Shown here: positions 18,770 to 25,960 of the stretch, in pieces
How positions within the stretch are numbered: position 1 is the stretch's first letter
How the letters are laid out: each line of letters begins with the position of its first letter
Sequence record: PZ544513.1
DNA length: 39,595 nucleotides
Origin: a phage
Strand: one strand, 5' to 3'
Position numbers and translations under genes: made by a program
The notes under the pieces: model-generated
Database searches by the model: none
The model's input: only the letters and a program-made list of their open reading frames with translations
Told to the model about the DNA's origin: nothing

Positions 18770-19632
18770 GCGAAAAGAAAATAGCTCTGGTGCTAGACGG
18801 TGACTACTTAGTGTTCTCTTCTATGGCTGCTGCCGAGGACGAGACAGACTGGGGTGATGGCATATGGACCCTTATCTGCGACCATGAGAAGGCTCGTCGT
18901 ATCCTTGAGAACACCATCGCTGAAATCGTTAAGAAGCGTAAGGCGTGGAAAGACGCTAAGATTGTGATGTGCTTTACTGACGATAACAACTGGCGTAAGG
19001 ACGTGCTACCTACCTATAAGGCCAATCGTAAAGGTTCCCGCAAGCCTGTAGGTTACAAGAAGTTCGTAGCCGAAGTGATGGCTGACCCACGGTTCAACAG
19101 CTTCCTGCGTCCTACGCTTGAAGGTGATGACTGTATGGGCATCATCGGGACCAGACCTCAGATTGTCGGCTGTGACCATGCGGTTCTGGTATCCTGCGAT
19201 AAGGACTTCAAGACCATCCCGAACTGTGAGTTCTTCTGGTTAACCACTGGTGAAATCCTGAGTCATACGACTGCTGAGGCAGACTACTGGCACATGGAGC
19301 AAACCATCAAGGGTGACACTACAGATGGATACGGTGGCATTCCGGGGATGGGTGAGGACACCACTCGTGCGTTCCTTGACGAGCCGTACTACTTCGTGCA
19401 GGAGAGCCGTGAGCTTAAGACTGGTAAGAACAAAGGCCAGATTAAGACTGAGTGGAAGAAGTATCCAAAGCGTGAAGACATGACGCTGTGGGACTGCATG
19501 GTGACTCTGGCTGCTAAAGCGGGGATGACCGAGGAGGAACTTCTGGTCCAAGCTCAGGTAGCTCGTATTTGTCGAGCCTCTGACTACGACCCTAAGTCAA
19601 AGGAGGTAATCCTGTGGACACCATCCATGTAA
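18760..19632 (+). CDS. 6: 5-prime to 3-prime exonuclease (T7 gp6 homolog)
   Basis: LVLDGDYLVF, CFTDDNNWRKDVLPTYKANRK, PVGY, LEGDDCMGIIG, VSCDKDFKTIPNC, TIKGDTTDGYGGIPGMG colinear with T7 gp6; start ambiguous (ATG 18760, or GTG 18766 with better-spaced RBS; ORF-track start 18712 lies deep in gene 5.7). Confidence 0.93.
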   Translation: MPVSEKKIALVLDGDYLVFSSMAAAEDETDWGDGIWTLICDHEKARRILENTIAEIVKKRKAWKDAKIVMCFTDDNNWRKDVLPTYKANRKGSRKPVGYKKFVAEVMADPRFNSFLRPTLEGDDCMGIIGTRPQIVGCDHAVLVSCDKDFKTIPNCEFFWLTTGEILSHTTAEADYWHMEQTIKGDTTDGYGGIPGMGEDTTRAFLDEPYYFVQESRELKTGKNKGQIKTEWKKYPKREDMTLWDCMVTLAAKAGMTEEELLVQAQVARICRASDYDPKSKEVILWTPSM

Positions 19633-19758
19633 TTTACTGGGCCGGACTTCTGGCCCTTTACTGCATGTACAAGTGGTTCGGGTCGAACAACCGCCCTAAA
19701 CACTGAGTCTAACCGATAGTCATATCCTATCAATCCAACAGTCATCCATAGGTGAAAT

Positions 19759-19781
19759 ACTAAACTATCACTATAGGGACT
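19759..19781 (+). promoter_or_regulatory. Phage RNAP promoter (phi6.5-like) CTAAACTATCACTATAGGGACT
   Basis: Consensus-class promoter. Confidence 0.75.
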
Positions 19782-19842
19782 TTAGGACCTAAGATATGAC
19801 TATAAGATAGACTTTAGTCTTAACTTAAAGAGGAGATTCAAG

Positions 19843-20115
19843 ATGGCGATTAATGCTATTGAAAACGTTGTTAAGCAGTTACAGGAAGAAAGACTTGATG
19901 TCCCTAACATCTCCCAGTCTGCCATCCAGTTCCTGCACGTACTGTTCAACGCAAGCTACGCTGAGAAGATGGGAGCTATCAGTCTCCTCAAGCAGCAGGG
20001 CTACAGCGATGCGTTCATTGCTGGGTTCATCAAGGGTCTCCAGTATTGTTCTGACACTCTCGACTCTGCGATTGCTATGCGTCGTGAGCTGAAAGATACC
20101 GTTCAGTTCGATTAA
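19843..20115 (+). CDS. Hypothetical protein, gene 6.5-like position
   Basis: 90 aa ORF with RBS AAAGAGGAGA. Confidence 0.6.
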   Translation: MAINAIENVVKQLQEERLDVPNISQSAIQFLHVLFNASYAEKMGAISLLKQQGYSDAFIAGFIKGLQYCSDTLDSAIAMRRELKDTVQFD

Positions 20116-20129
20116 CTGTAGGAGGGACT

Positions 20130-20354
20130 ATGTGTTTCAGTCCAAAGATTAGCACTCCGAAGCCTTCGGTCCAAGCACCTGAACCAGCACCTCTGAGTGA
20201 GGAAGTTGCGTCAGTTGACATCGGGGCTGAATCGGATGTGGACACCAACGAGACCAAAGGTATCAAAGACCTGAAGGTCAAGAAGGAGTCTGCACCTAAA
20301 GATAAATCGTCAGTGAGTCGCGCCATGCGAGCCTCTGGCGTAAACATGGGGTAA
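20130..20354 (+). CDS. 6.7: gp6.7 homolog (small virion-associated protein)
   Basis: MCFSPKISTPKP...PEPAPL matches the recalled T7 gp6.7 N-terminus MCFSPKIKTPK...VEPAPL. Confidence 0.75.
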   Translation: MCFSPKISTPKPSVQAPEPAPLSEEVASVDIGAESDVDTNETKGIKDLKVKKESAPKDKSSVSRAMRASGVNMG

Positions 20355-20358
20355 GACA

Positions 20359-20763
20359 ATGCTACCATATCTCAACTCACGCGAAGGTCGCCACATGTGC
20401 GCCTGTCGCCTCTGGGAAGACGGGCAGTATAACTTCAAGTCATTCGAGGACTTCAAGGCTCATACTTACCGTATGGCTGACGAGTTCGAAGGTGAAGAGT
20501 ACACAATCTACGATGTCTCAGGTCAACCAGTAGCGTATCTCTACATGCTGGCTACCGCATCTTGGCACCGACCGACTCCCGGTCTTGACCTTTCAATCGT
20601 CGCTATTCGTAGTGACTCTCAGTCCTCCCGCAAGGTTCTTGAGACTGTCAGGCACATCATAAACGAAGAATGCAAGCGTTGGGGTCTTGGCTGGTATTCT
20701 CGTGTCAAGCATGTTTCCGGGTCGGTAGACATCGTAACAACTAAGGAGATTAACCGTGGGTAA
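20359..20763 (+). CDS. gp7-like protein (gene 7 position)
   Basis: 134 aa ORF at the gene 7 position; identity not verified by motif. Confidence 0.6.
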   Translation: MLPYLNSREGRHMCACRLWEDGQYNFKSFEDFKAHTYRMADEFEGEEYTIYDVSGQPVAYLYMLATASWHRPTPGLDLSIVAIRSDSQSSRKVLETVRHIINEECKRWGLGWYSRVKHVSGSVDIVTTKEINRG

Positions 20764-21004
20764 ATCAATCAGTAAGGCTTTCAAGAAAGTGGTGAACAAT
20801 GCGTTGGGGACCGTTGGTCTAGGTAAGGACGATGCGCCTAAGGTTGTTGAGGCTCAGACCCCAGCAGCACCAGTGGAAGTACCGAACGACAAAGTGGAGG
20901 ATGTGGATACTGAAACAACCGCATCTGACGAGAAGAAAGTGAAGCGTTCCGGTAAGCGTAGCCTTCAGGTCTCTCGTACCTCTGGTGGCGGTATTTCTAT
21001 TTAA
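20756..21004 (+). CDS. 7.3: gp7.3 homolog (tail-associated protein)
   Basis: Lys-rich N-terminus and C-terminal ...SGKRSLQVSRTSGGGISI matching recalled T7 gp7.3 ...SLSVARSSGGGINI. Confidence 0.75.
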   Translation: MGKSISKAFKKVVNNALGTVGLGKDDAPKVVEAQTPAAPVEVPNDKVEDVDTETTASDEKKVKRSGKRSLQVSRTSGGGISI

Positions 21005-21015
21005 GGAGGTGACGA

Positions 21016-22584
21016 ATGGCTGAACGTGAAGGGTTCGCTGCTGAAGGAGCCAAAGCGGTCTATGACCGACTGAAGAACGGTAGACAGCCATATGAGACAC
21101 GCGCTCAGAACTGTGCTGCTGTCACTATCCCGTCACTGTTTCCTAAGGAGTCCGACAACTCGTCTACTGAGTACACCACTCCGTGGCAAGCTGTGGGTGC
21201 TCGCTGCTTGAACAACTTGGCTGCGAAGCTGATGTTGGCATTATTCCCTCAGTCACCGTGGATGCGACTTACAGTCTCCGAATATGAGGCAAAGACCTTG
21301 AGTCAGGACTCAGAGGCGGCTGCTCGTGTTGATGAAGGGCTGGCTATGGTCGAGCGTGTGTTGATGGCTTACATGGAGACTAACAGTTTCCGTGTCCCAT
21401 TATTCGAGGCGCTGAAGCAGCTTATCGTCTCAGGTAACTGCCTGCTCTACATCCCTCCTCCAGAACAAGGAACCTACAGCCCTATGCGAATGTACCGCTT
21501 AGTGTCCTACGTTGTTCAACGTGATGCTTTCGGTAACATCTTACAGATTGTGACTCTCGACAAGGTAGCGTTTAGTGCTCTACCGGAAGACGTGAAGTCT
21601 CAACTCAACGCAGACGACTATGAGCCTGACACCGAGCTTGAAGTGTATACGCACATCTACCGTCAGGACGACGAGTATCTGCGCTACGAGGAAGTGGAAG
21701 GCATTGAGGTGACAGGTACCGATGGTTCCTACCCGCTGACTGCATGTCCATACATCCCGGTACGAATGGTTCGACTGGATGGTGAAGACTACGGTCGTTC
21801 TTACTGCGAGGAGTATCTGGGTGACCTCAACTCGCTGGAGACGATTACAGAAGCTATCACAAAAATGGCTAAGGTAGCCTCCAAGGTGGTGGGCCTCGTT
21901 AACCCGAACGGTATCACGCAACCTAGACGTCTGAACAAGGCGGCTACAGGTGAGTTCGTGGCTGGTCGAGTTGAGGACATCAACTTCCTGCAACTGACGA
22001 AAGGTCAGGACTTTACGATTGCTAAGTCGGTGGCTGACGCTATCGAGCAACGTTTAGGCTGGGCCTTCCTTCTTAATAGTGCTGTTCAGCGTAATGCCGA
22101 GCGTGTCACTGCTGAAGAGATTCGTTATGTTGCTGGCGAACTGGAGGCGACCTTAGGTGGCGTGTACTCAGTACAGTCACAAGAGCTTCAGTTGCCTATC
22201 GTCCGTGTGCTGATGAACCAACTTCAGTCTGCTGGCATGATTCCAGACCTTCCGAAAGAAGCGGTAGAGCCTACGGTCTCCACTGGTCTGGAAGCGTTAG
22301 GTCGTGGTCAGGACTTAGAGAAGCTGACTCAGGCAGTCAACATGATGACCGGGCTACAGCCTCTACAACAGGACCCAGACATTAACTTGCCTACACTGAA
22401 GCTGCGACTGCTGAATGCCTTAGGCATTGACACCGCTGGTCTGCTACTGACTCAGGACGAGAAGTTGCAACGCATGGCTGAACAATCCGCTCAAGGAGCT
22501 GTGGTCAATGGTGCGTCTGCTGCTGGTGCTAACATGGGTGCCGCTGTGGGTCAGGGAGCTGGTGAGGACATGGCTCAAGCCTAA
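21016..22584 (+). CDS. 8: Head-to-tail connector / portal protein (T7 gp8 homolog)
   Basis: 522 aa, colinear with T7 gp8 (YETRAQNCA, PWQAVGARCLNNLAAKLMLALFP, YRLVSYVVQRDAFGN, RMVRLDGEDYGRSY, TAEEIRYVAGELE). Confidence 0.97.
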   Translation: MAEREGFAAEGAKAVYDRLKNGRQPYETRAQNCAAVTIPSLFPKESDNSSTEYTTPWQAVGARCLNNLAAKLMLALFPQSPWMRLTVSEYEAKTLSQDSEAAARVDEGLAMVERVLMAYMETNSFRVPLFEALKQLIVSGNCLLYIPPPEQGTYSPMRMYRLVSYVVQRDAFGNILQIVTLDKVAFSALPEDVKSQLNADDYEPDTELEVYTHIYRQDDEYLRYEEVEGIEVTGTDGSYPLTACPYIPVRMVRLDGEDYGRSYCEEYLGDLNSLETITEAITKMAKVASKVVGLVNPNGITQPRRLNKAATGEFVAGRVEDINFLQLTKGQDFTIAKSVADAIEQRLGWAFLLNSAVQRNAERVTAEEIRYVAGELEATLGGVYSVQSQELQLPIVRVLMNQLQSAGMIPDLPKEAVEPTVSTGLEALGRGQDLEKLTQAVNMMTGLQPLQQDPDINLPTLKLRLLNALGIDTAGLLLTQDEKLQRMAEQSAQGAVVNGASAAGANMGAAVGQGAGEDMAQA

Positions 22585-22602
22585 ACTATCACTATAGGAA
22601 CA
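22580..22602 (+). promoter_or_regulatory. Phage RNAP promoter (phi9-like) CTAAACTATCACTATAGGAACA followed by a leader stem-loop
   Basis: Promoter family member overlapping the gene 8 stop; transcript starts with GGAACAAC...GTTGTTCC inverted repeat. Confidence 0.7.
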
Positions 22603-22673
22603 ACGTCTGGTCTACAATTTGTAGGTTTCTAGTCCAGTTGTTCCTACCATTTCAATCAAAGGAGAATGACTCA

Positions 22674-23558
22674 ATGTCTCAATCAGTTTATGCCGAGTTC
22701 GGCGTTAGCTCTAATGCAATCACTGGTTCCGTTGAGGACCTGAACGAACACCAGAAGTCTATGCTTGAACAGGACGTAGCTGTTCGTGATGGCGATGACG
22801 CTATTACCTTCAAGCAACTGGAAGCCGAAAACGAAGAGGCGACCGAAGAAGACGAGAACGTCGAAGAGACGGAGGGTGCTGAAGACAACGAGTCCGATGA
22901 CGAAGAGTCTGAGACCGATGGTGAGCAGCCTGAGTTCATTGAACTGGGTGATGCACCGAAAGAGCTGACCGAAAGTGTCACCGCTCTGGATGAAAACGAA
23001 GCTGCATTTGACGACATGGTGTCTTCCGCTGTAGAAGCTGGCAAGGTCACTGCTGATGAAATTACCGCTATCAAGGCTGAATACGCCAAGGACGGTAAGC
23101 TGTCTGACGCATCCTACGCTAAGTTGCAGGAAGCAGGTTACACCAAGCGTTTCGTAGATTCGTTTGTCCGTGGTCAGGAAGCTCTGGCTGAACAGTATGC
23201 TGCTGGAGTGGTTCGCTACGCTGGTGGAGCTGAACAGTTTAACCGCATTCTGTCTCACCTTGAGTCAACCGACCCGTCAACTCGTGAGGCACTGGAAGCT
23301 GCTATCGTTCGTAAGGACATTTCGACTACCAAAGCTCTGCTGAATCTGGCTGGCAAGACTCTGGGTAAAGCTGTTGGTGTTAAACCTCAGCGTACCATCA
23401 CCACTCAGGCTAAACCTGTGGTCGCACCTAAGGCTCCTCAGACCGAAGCATTCAGCTCCAAGGCTGACATGATTAAGGCTATGAGTGACCCGCGATACCT
23501 TCGTGACGCTAAGTACACGATGGAAGTACGCGCTAAGGTAGCTGCCTCAAGCCTGTAG
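22674..23558 (+). CDS. 9: Capsid assembly (scaffolding) protein (T7 gp9 homolog)
   Basis: Start MSQSVYAEFGV aligns with T7 gp9 (..VYASFGV); acidic Glu/Asp-rich middle; C-terminal IKAMSDPRY conserved; RBS AAAGGAGA; ORF-track start 22638 is an upstream in-frame ATG. Confidence 0.93.
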   Translation: MSQSVYAEFGVSSNAITGSVEDLNEHQKSMLEQDVAVRDGDDAITFKQLEAENEEATEEDENVEETEGAEDNESDDEESETDGEQPEFIELGDAPKELTESVTALDENEAAFDDMVSSAVEAGKVTADEITAIKAEYAKDGKLSDASYAKLQEAGYTKRFVDSFVRGQEALAEQYAAGVVRYAGGAEQFNRILSHLESTDPSTREALEAAIVRKDISTTKALLNLAGKTLGKAVGVKPQRTITTQAKPVVAPKAPQTEAFSSKADMIKAMSDPRYLRDAKYTMEVRAKVAASSL

Positions 23559-23559
23559 G

Positions 23560-23582
23560 ACTAAACTATCACTATAGGGAGA
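23560..23582 (+). promoter_or_regulatory. Phage RNAP promoter (phi10-like, full consensus) CTAAACTATCACTATAGGGAGACC with leader stem-loop
   Basis: Only copy matching GGGAGA at +1..+6; transcript begins GGGAGACC...GGTTTCCC hairpin, as in the T7 gene 10 leader. Confidence 0.85.
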
Positions 23583-23684
23583 CCAAGAGACAGACTCAAG
23601 GTTTCCCTATTACTTCAGTCCATACGGATTGGGCGTACAGTAAGTAATAAACTTTATCTTTCAATTGAATAGGAGAATTATCAT

Positions 23685-24734
23685 ATGGCAAACGTTCCGG
23701 GTCAGAAAGTTGGTACAGACCAAGGTAAAGGCAAATCTGGTTCCGACGCTCTGGCGTTGTTCCTGAAGGTCTTTGCTGGTGAAGTCCTGACCGCATTCAC
23801 TCGCCGCTCTGTAACTGCTGACAAGCATATTGTCCGTACCATTCAGAACGGTAAGTCTGCTCAGTTCCCGGTCATGGGACGCACCTCTGGGGTGTATCTG
23901 GCTCCGGGTGAGCGACTGTCCGATAAGCGTAAAGGTATCAAACATACCGAGAAAGTGATTACCATTGATGGTCTGCTGACTGCCGATGTGATGATTTTCG
24001 ACATTGAAGACGCGATGAACCACTATGACGTGGCTGGCGAGTACTCCAACCAGTTGGGCGAAGCTCTGGCTATCGCTGCCGATGGTGCGGTACTGGCTGA
24101 GATGGCTATTCTGTGTAACCTACCGGCTGCATCTGATGAAAACATCGCTGGTCTTGGCAAAGCGTCTGTGCTGGAAGTTGGTACTAAAGCAGGCCTGAAC
24201 ACTCCGGCTAAGCTGGGTGAAGCAATCATCGGTCAACTGACCATTGCTCGTGCGAAGCTGACATCCAACTACGTTCCTGCTGGCGACCGTTACTTCTACA
24301 CCACGCCGGACAACTACTCTGCAATCCTCGCGGCTCTGATGCCGAACGCTGCTAACTATGCTGCGCTGATTGACCCAGAGACTGGTAACATCCGTAACGT
24401 AATGGGCTTCGTGGTTGTTGAAGTTCCACACTTGACTCAGGGTGGTGCTGGGGAAACTCGTGGTGCCGATGGTATCACTATTGCGACTGGTCAGAAGCAC
24501 GCCTTCCCAGCTACTGCTACTGGTGATGTTAAAGTTGCTCTGGACAACGTTGTGGGCCTGTTCTCTCACCGTTCTGCTGTAGGTACTGTTAAGCTGCGTG
24601 ACTTGGCGCTGGAACGTGACCGTGACGTCGATGCTCAGGGCGACCTGATTGTTGGTAAGTACGCTATGGGTCACGGTGGTCTGCGTCCAGAAGCAGCAGG
24701 CGCACTGGTTTTCACAGCGGCGTCAGCGGGTTAA
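23685..24734 (+). CDS. 10A: Major capsid protein 10A (T7 gp10A homolog)
   Basis: 349 aa, colinear with T7 gp10A (LALFLKVF.GEVLTAF, KSAQFPV, EKVITIDGLLTADV, AILAALMPNAANYAALIDPE, VGTVKLRDLALER, KYAMGHGGLRPEAAGA). Confidence 0.98.
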   Translation: MANVPGQKVGTDQGKGKSGSDALALFLKVFAGEVLTAFTRRSVTADKHIVRTIQNGKSAQFPVMGRTSGVYLAPGERLSDKRKGIKHTEKVITIDGLLTADVMIFDIEDAMNHYDVAGEYSNQLGEALAIAADGAVLAEMAILCNLPAASDENIAGLGKASVLEVGTKAGLNTPAKLGEAIIGQLTIARAKLTSNYVPAGDRYFYTTPDNYSAILAALMPNAANYAALIDPETGNIRNVMGFVVVEVPHLTQGGAGETRGADGITIATGQKHAFPATATGDVKVALDNVVGLFSHRSAVGTVKLRDLALERDRDVDAQGDLIVGKYAMGHGGLRPEAAGALVFTAASAG

Positions 24735-24997
24735 CGACCTTTAAGGCCCTCTCTACAGAGGGTCCTACCTTAGAGACGTATAGTTCTACGGTGGGAACCA
24801 GCCTGAAGGTTGACTTCCCTGAGCTTTCAGATGTGACCGATTGGTCGCTGCTTGAGGTGACTACGCCTGATGGTGTTAGCTACTCCCGTAGAACCAACAG
24901 TCTCTACTTCAAGGCCACCTCTGGCGTGGAAGGTCTGGTGATTGTTGGGTATGACGGTACGCCTGTGCGTTCCTTCAACGTATCTTTCACAAACTAA
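23685..24997 (+). CDS. 10B: Minor capsid protein 10B, predicted product of a programmed -1 ribosomal frameshift at GGTTTTC (24707-24713)
   Basis: The -1 frame is open from upstream of the slip site to TAA at 24995-24997 (94 extra codons); the heptamer G GTT TTC has the same shape as the T7 gene 10 slip site. Confidence 0.6.
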
Positions 24998-25001
24998 TTG
25001 A

Positions 25002-25043
25002 AACCCCTTGGGTGCCTTCGGGTGCTTGAGGGGTTTTTTTTGC
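25002..25043 (+). terminator. T-phi-like intrinsic terminator for phage RNAP
   Basis: AACCCCTTGGGTGCCTTCGGGTGCTTGAGGGGTTTTTTTTG: G/C-rich hairpin plus U-run, closely resembling T7 T-phi (AACCCCTTGGGGCCTCTAAACGGGTCTTGAGGGGTTTTTTG) at the same position after the capsid gene. Confidence 0.9.
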
Positions 25044-25056
25044 TTAAGGAGGGACT

Positions 25057-25146
25057 ATGTTCCTTATTTACACAGGGTTAGCACTATTCGTCTTATTCTG
25101 GGCGTACCTGCTGCCCAGCTCACCGTCTAGCCCCTATGACCGCTAA
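25057..25146 (+). CDS. Hypothetical small membrane peptide (29 aa) between T-phi and gene 11
   Basis: ATG 25057 with RBS AAGGAGG (25046-25052); hydrophobic FLIYTGLALFVLFWAYLL; under the ORF-track size cutoff. Confidence 0.3.
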   Translation: MFLIYTGLALFVLFWAYLLPSSPSSPYDR

Positions 25147-25157
25147 GGAGTAAACCT

Positions 25158-25724
25158 ATGTCTCAATACATTCCACTTAATGCTAACGATGACTTAGATG
25201 CCATCAACGATATGTTAGCTGCTATTGGTGAACCAGCAGTCCTACAGCTTGACGAAGGTAACGCTGACGTCTCGAACGCTCAACGTATCCTGCATCGTGT
25301 TAATCGTCAGGTCCAAGCTAAAGGCTGGAACTTTAACATCAACGAAGCTGCTGTCCTGACGCCTGATGTCCAAGACAACAGGATTCGATTCCTGCCGTCT
25401 TACCTTCGGGTCATGACTGCTGGGGCCACCAGCTACTACAGCAACATGGGTGGATACCTATACGACCTGTCCACTCAGTCAACCACTTTCACCGACCCTA
25501 TAACGGTAGAGCTTGTTGAGATGAAACCGTTCTCGGAGATGCCTGTGGTATTCAGGGACTACATCGTTACCAAGGCCAGCCGTGAGTTCAACGCTAAGTT
25601 CTTCGGTAGCCCAGAGTCTGAACTGTACCTTCGTGAGCAGGAATCAGAACTCTATCAGCAGGTCATGGAATACGAGATGGACACTGGTCGCTACAACATG
25701 ATGTCCGACATCGGGAGGGACTAA
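25158..25724 (+). CDS. 11: Tail tubular protein A (T7 gp11 homolog)
   Basis: 188 aa; A..DL.AIND.LA.IGEP, RIL.R.NRQ.Q..GW.FNI, YIVTKASREFN..FFG.PE, YEMD.G.YNM colinear with T7 gp11. Confidence 0.95.
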   Translation: MSQYIPLNANDDLDAINDMLAAIGEPAVLQLDEGNADVSNAQRILHRVNRQVQAKGWNFNINEAAVLTPDVQDNRIRFLPSYLRVMTAGATSYYSNMGGYLYDLSTQSTTFTDPITVELVEMKPFSEMPVVFRDYIVTKASREFNAKFFGSPESELYLREQESELYQQVMEYEMDTGRYNMMSDIGRD

Positions 25725-25951
25725 TGGCTAGTCACAACCTGAAGATTCACCGCCAGCACTTTGGTCCGGTACAACTAGGTCTAAAGACAGCAGAGCTGAG
25801 ACTTAACGACCGGGACTTTAAGGTTGGCGACTGGCTTATCCTGAATGAGTGGGACAACGGGTATACTGGACAACAGGTAGCACGTAAGGTTGTCCACATT
25901 GCTGACGTTGGTGACATCGCTGAGGGATACGTCCTAATGAGTATGATTTAA
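25724..25951 (+). CDS. Small ASCH/DUF3850-like protein (75 aa) inserted between tail tubular genes A and B
   Basis: LKIHRQHFGPVQLGLKTAELRLNDRDFKVGDWLILNEW...YTGQQVARKVVHIADV...GYVLMSM resembles the recalled DUF3850 pattern; ATG overlaps the gp11 stop (TAATG); T7 has no gene here. Confidence 0.6.
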   Translation: MASHNLKIHRQHFGPVQLGLKTAELRLNDRDFKVGDWLILNEWDNGYTGQQVARKVVHIADVGDIAEGYVLMSMI

Positions 25952-25960
25952 GGAGGGCCT

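Noticed and set aside
22638-22673. ORF-track start of the scaffolding gene at 22638
   Set aside because: The T7 gp9 alignment and the RBS AAAGGAGA point to the ATG at 22674; the upstream ATG lies in the promoter leader hairpin.
22683-23258. 191-aa minus-strand ORF, and similar long minus-strand ORFs at 24120-24674, 21580-22050, 28830-29321, 9944-10345 and 5770-6144
   Set aside because: Each lies entirely antisense to a strongly supported + strand gene (scaffold, capsid, portal, gp14, ligase, RNAP); T7-like genomes are transcribed from one strand, and none has an RBS or a promoter.
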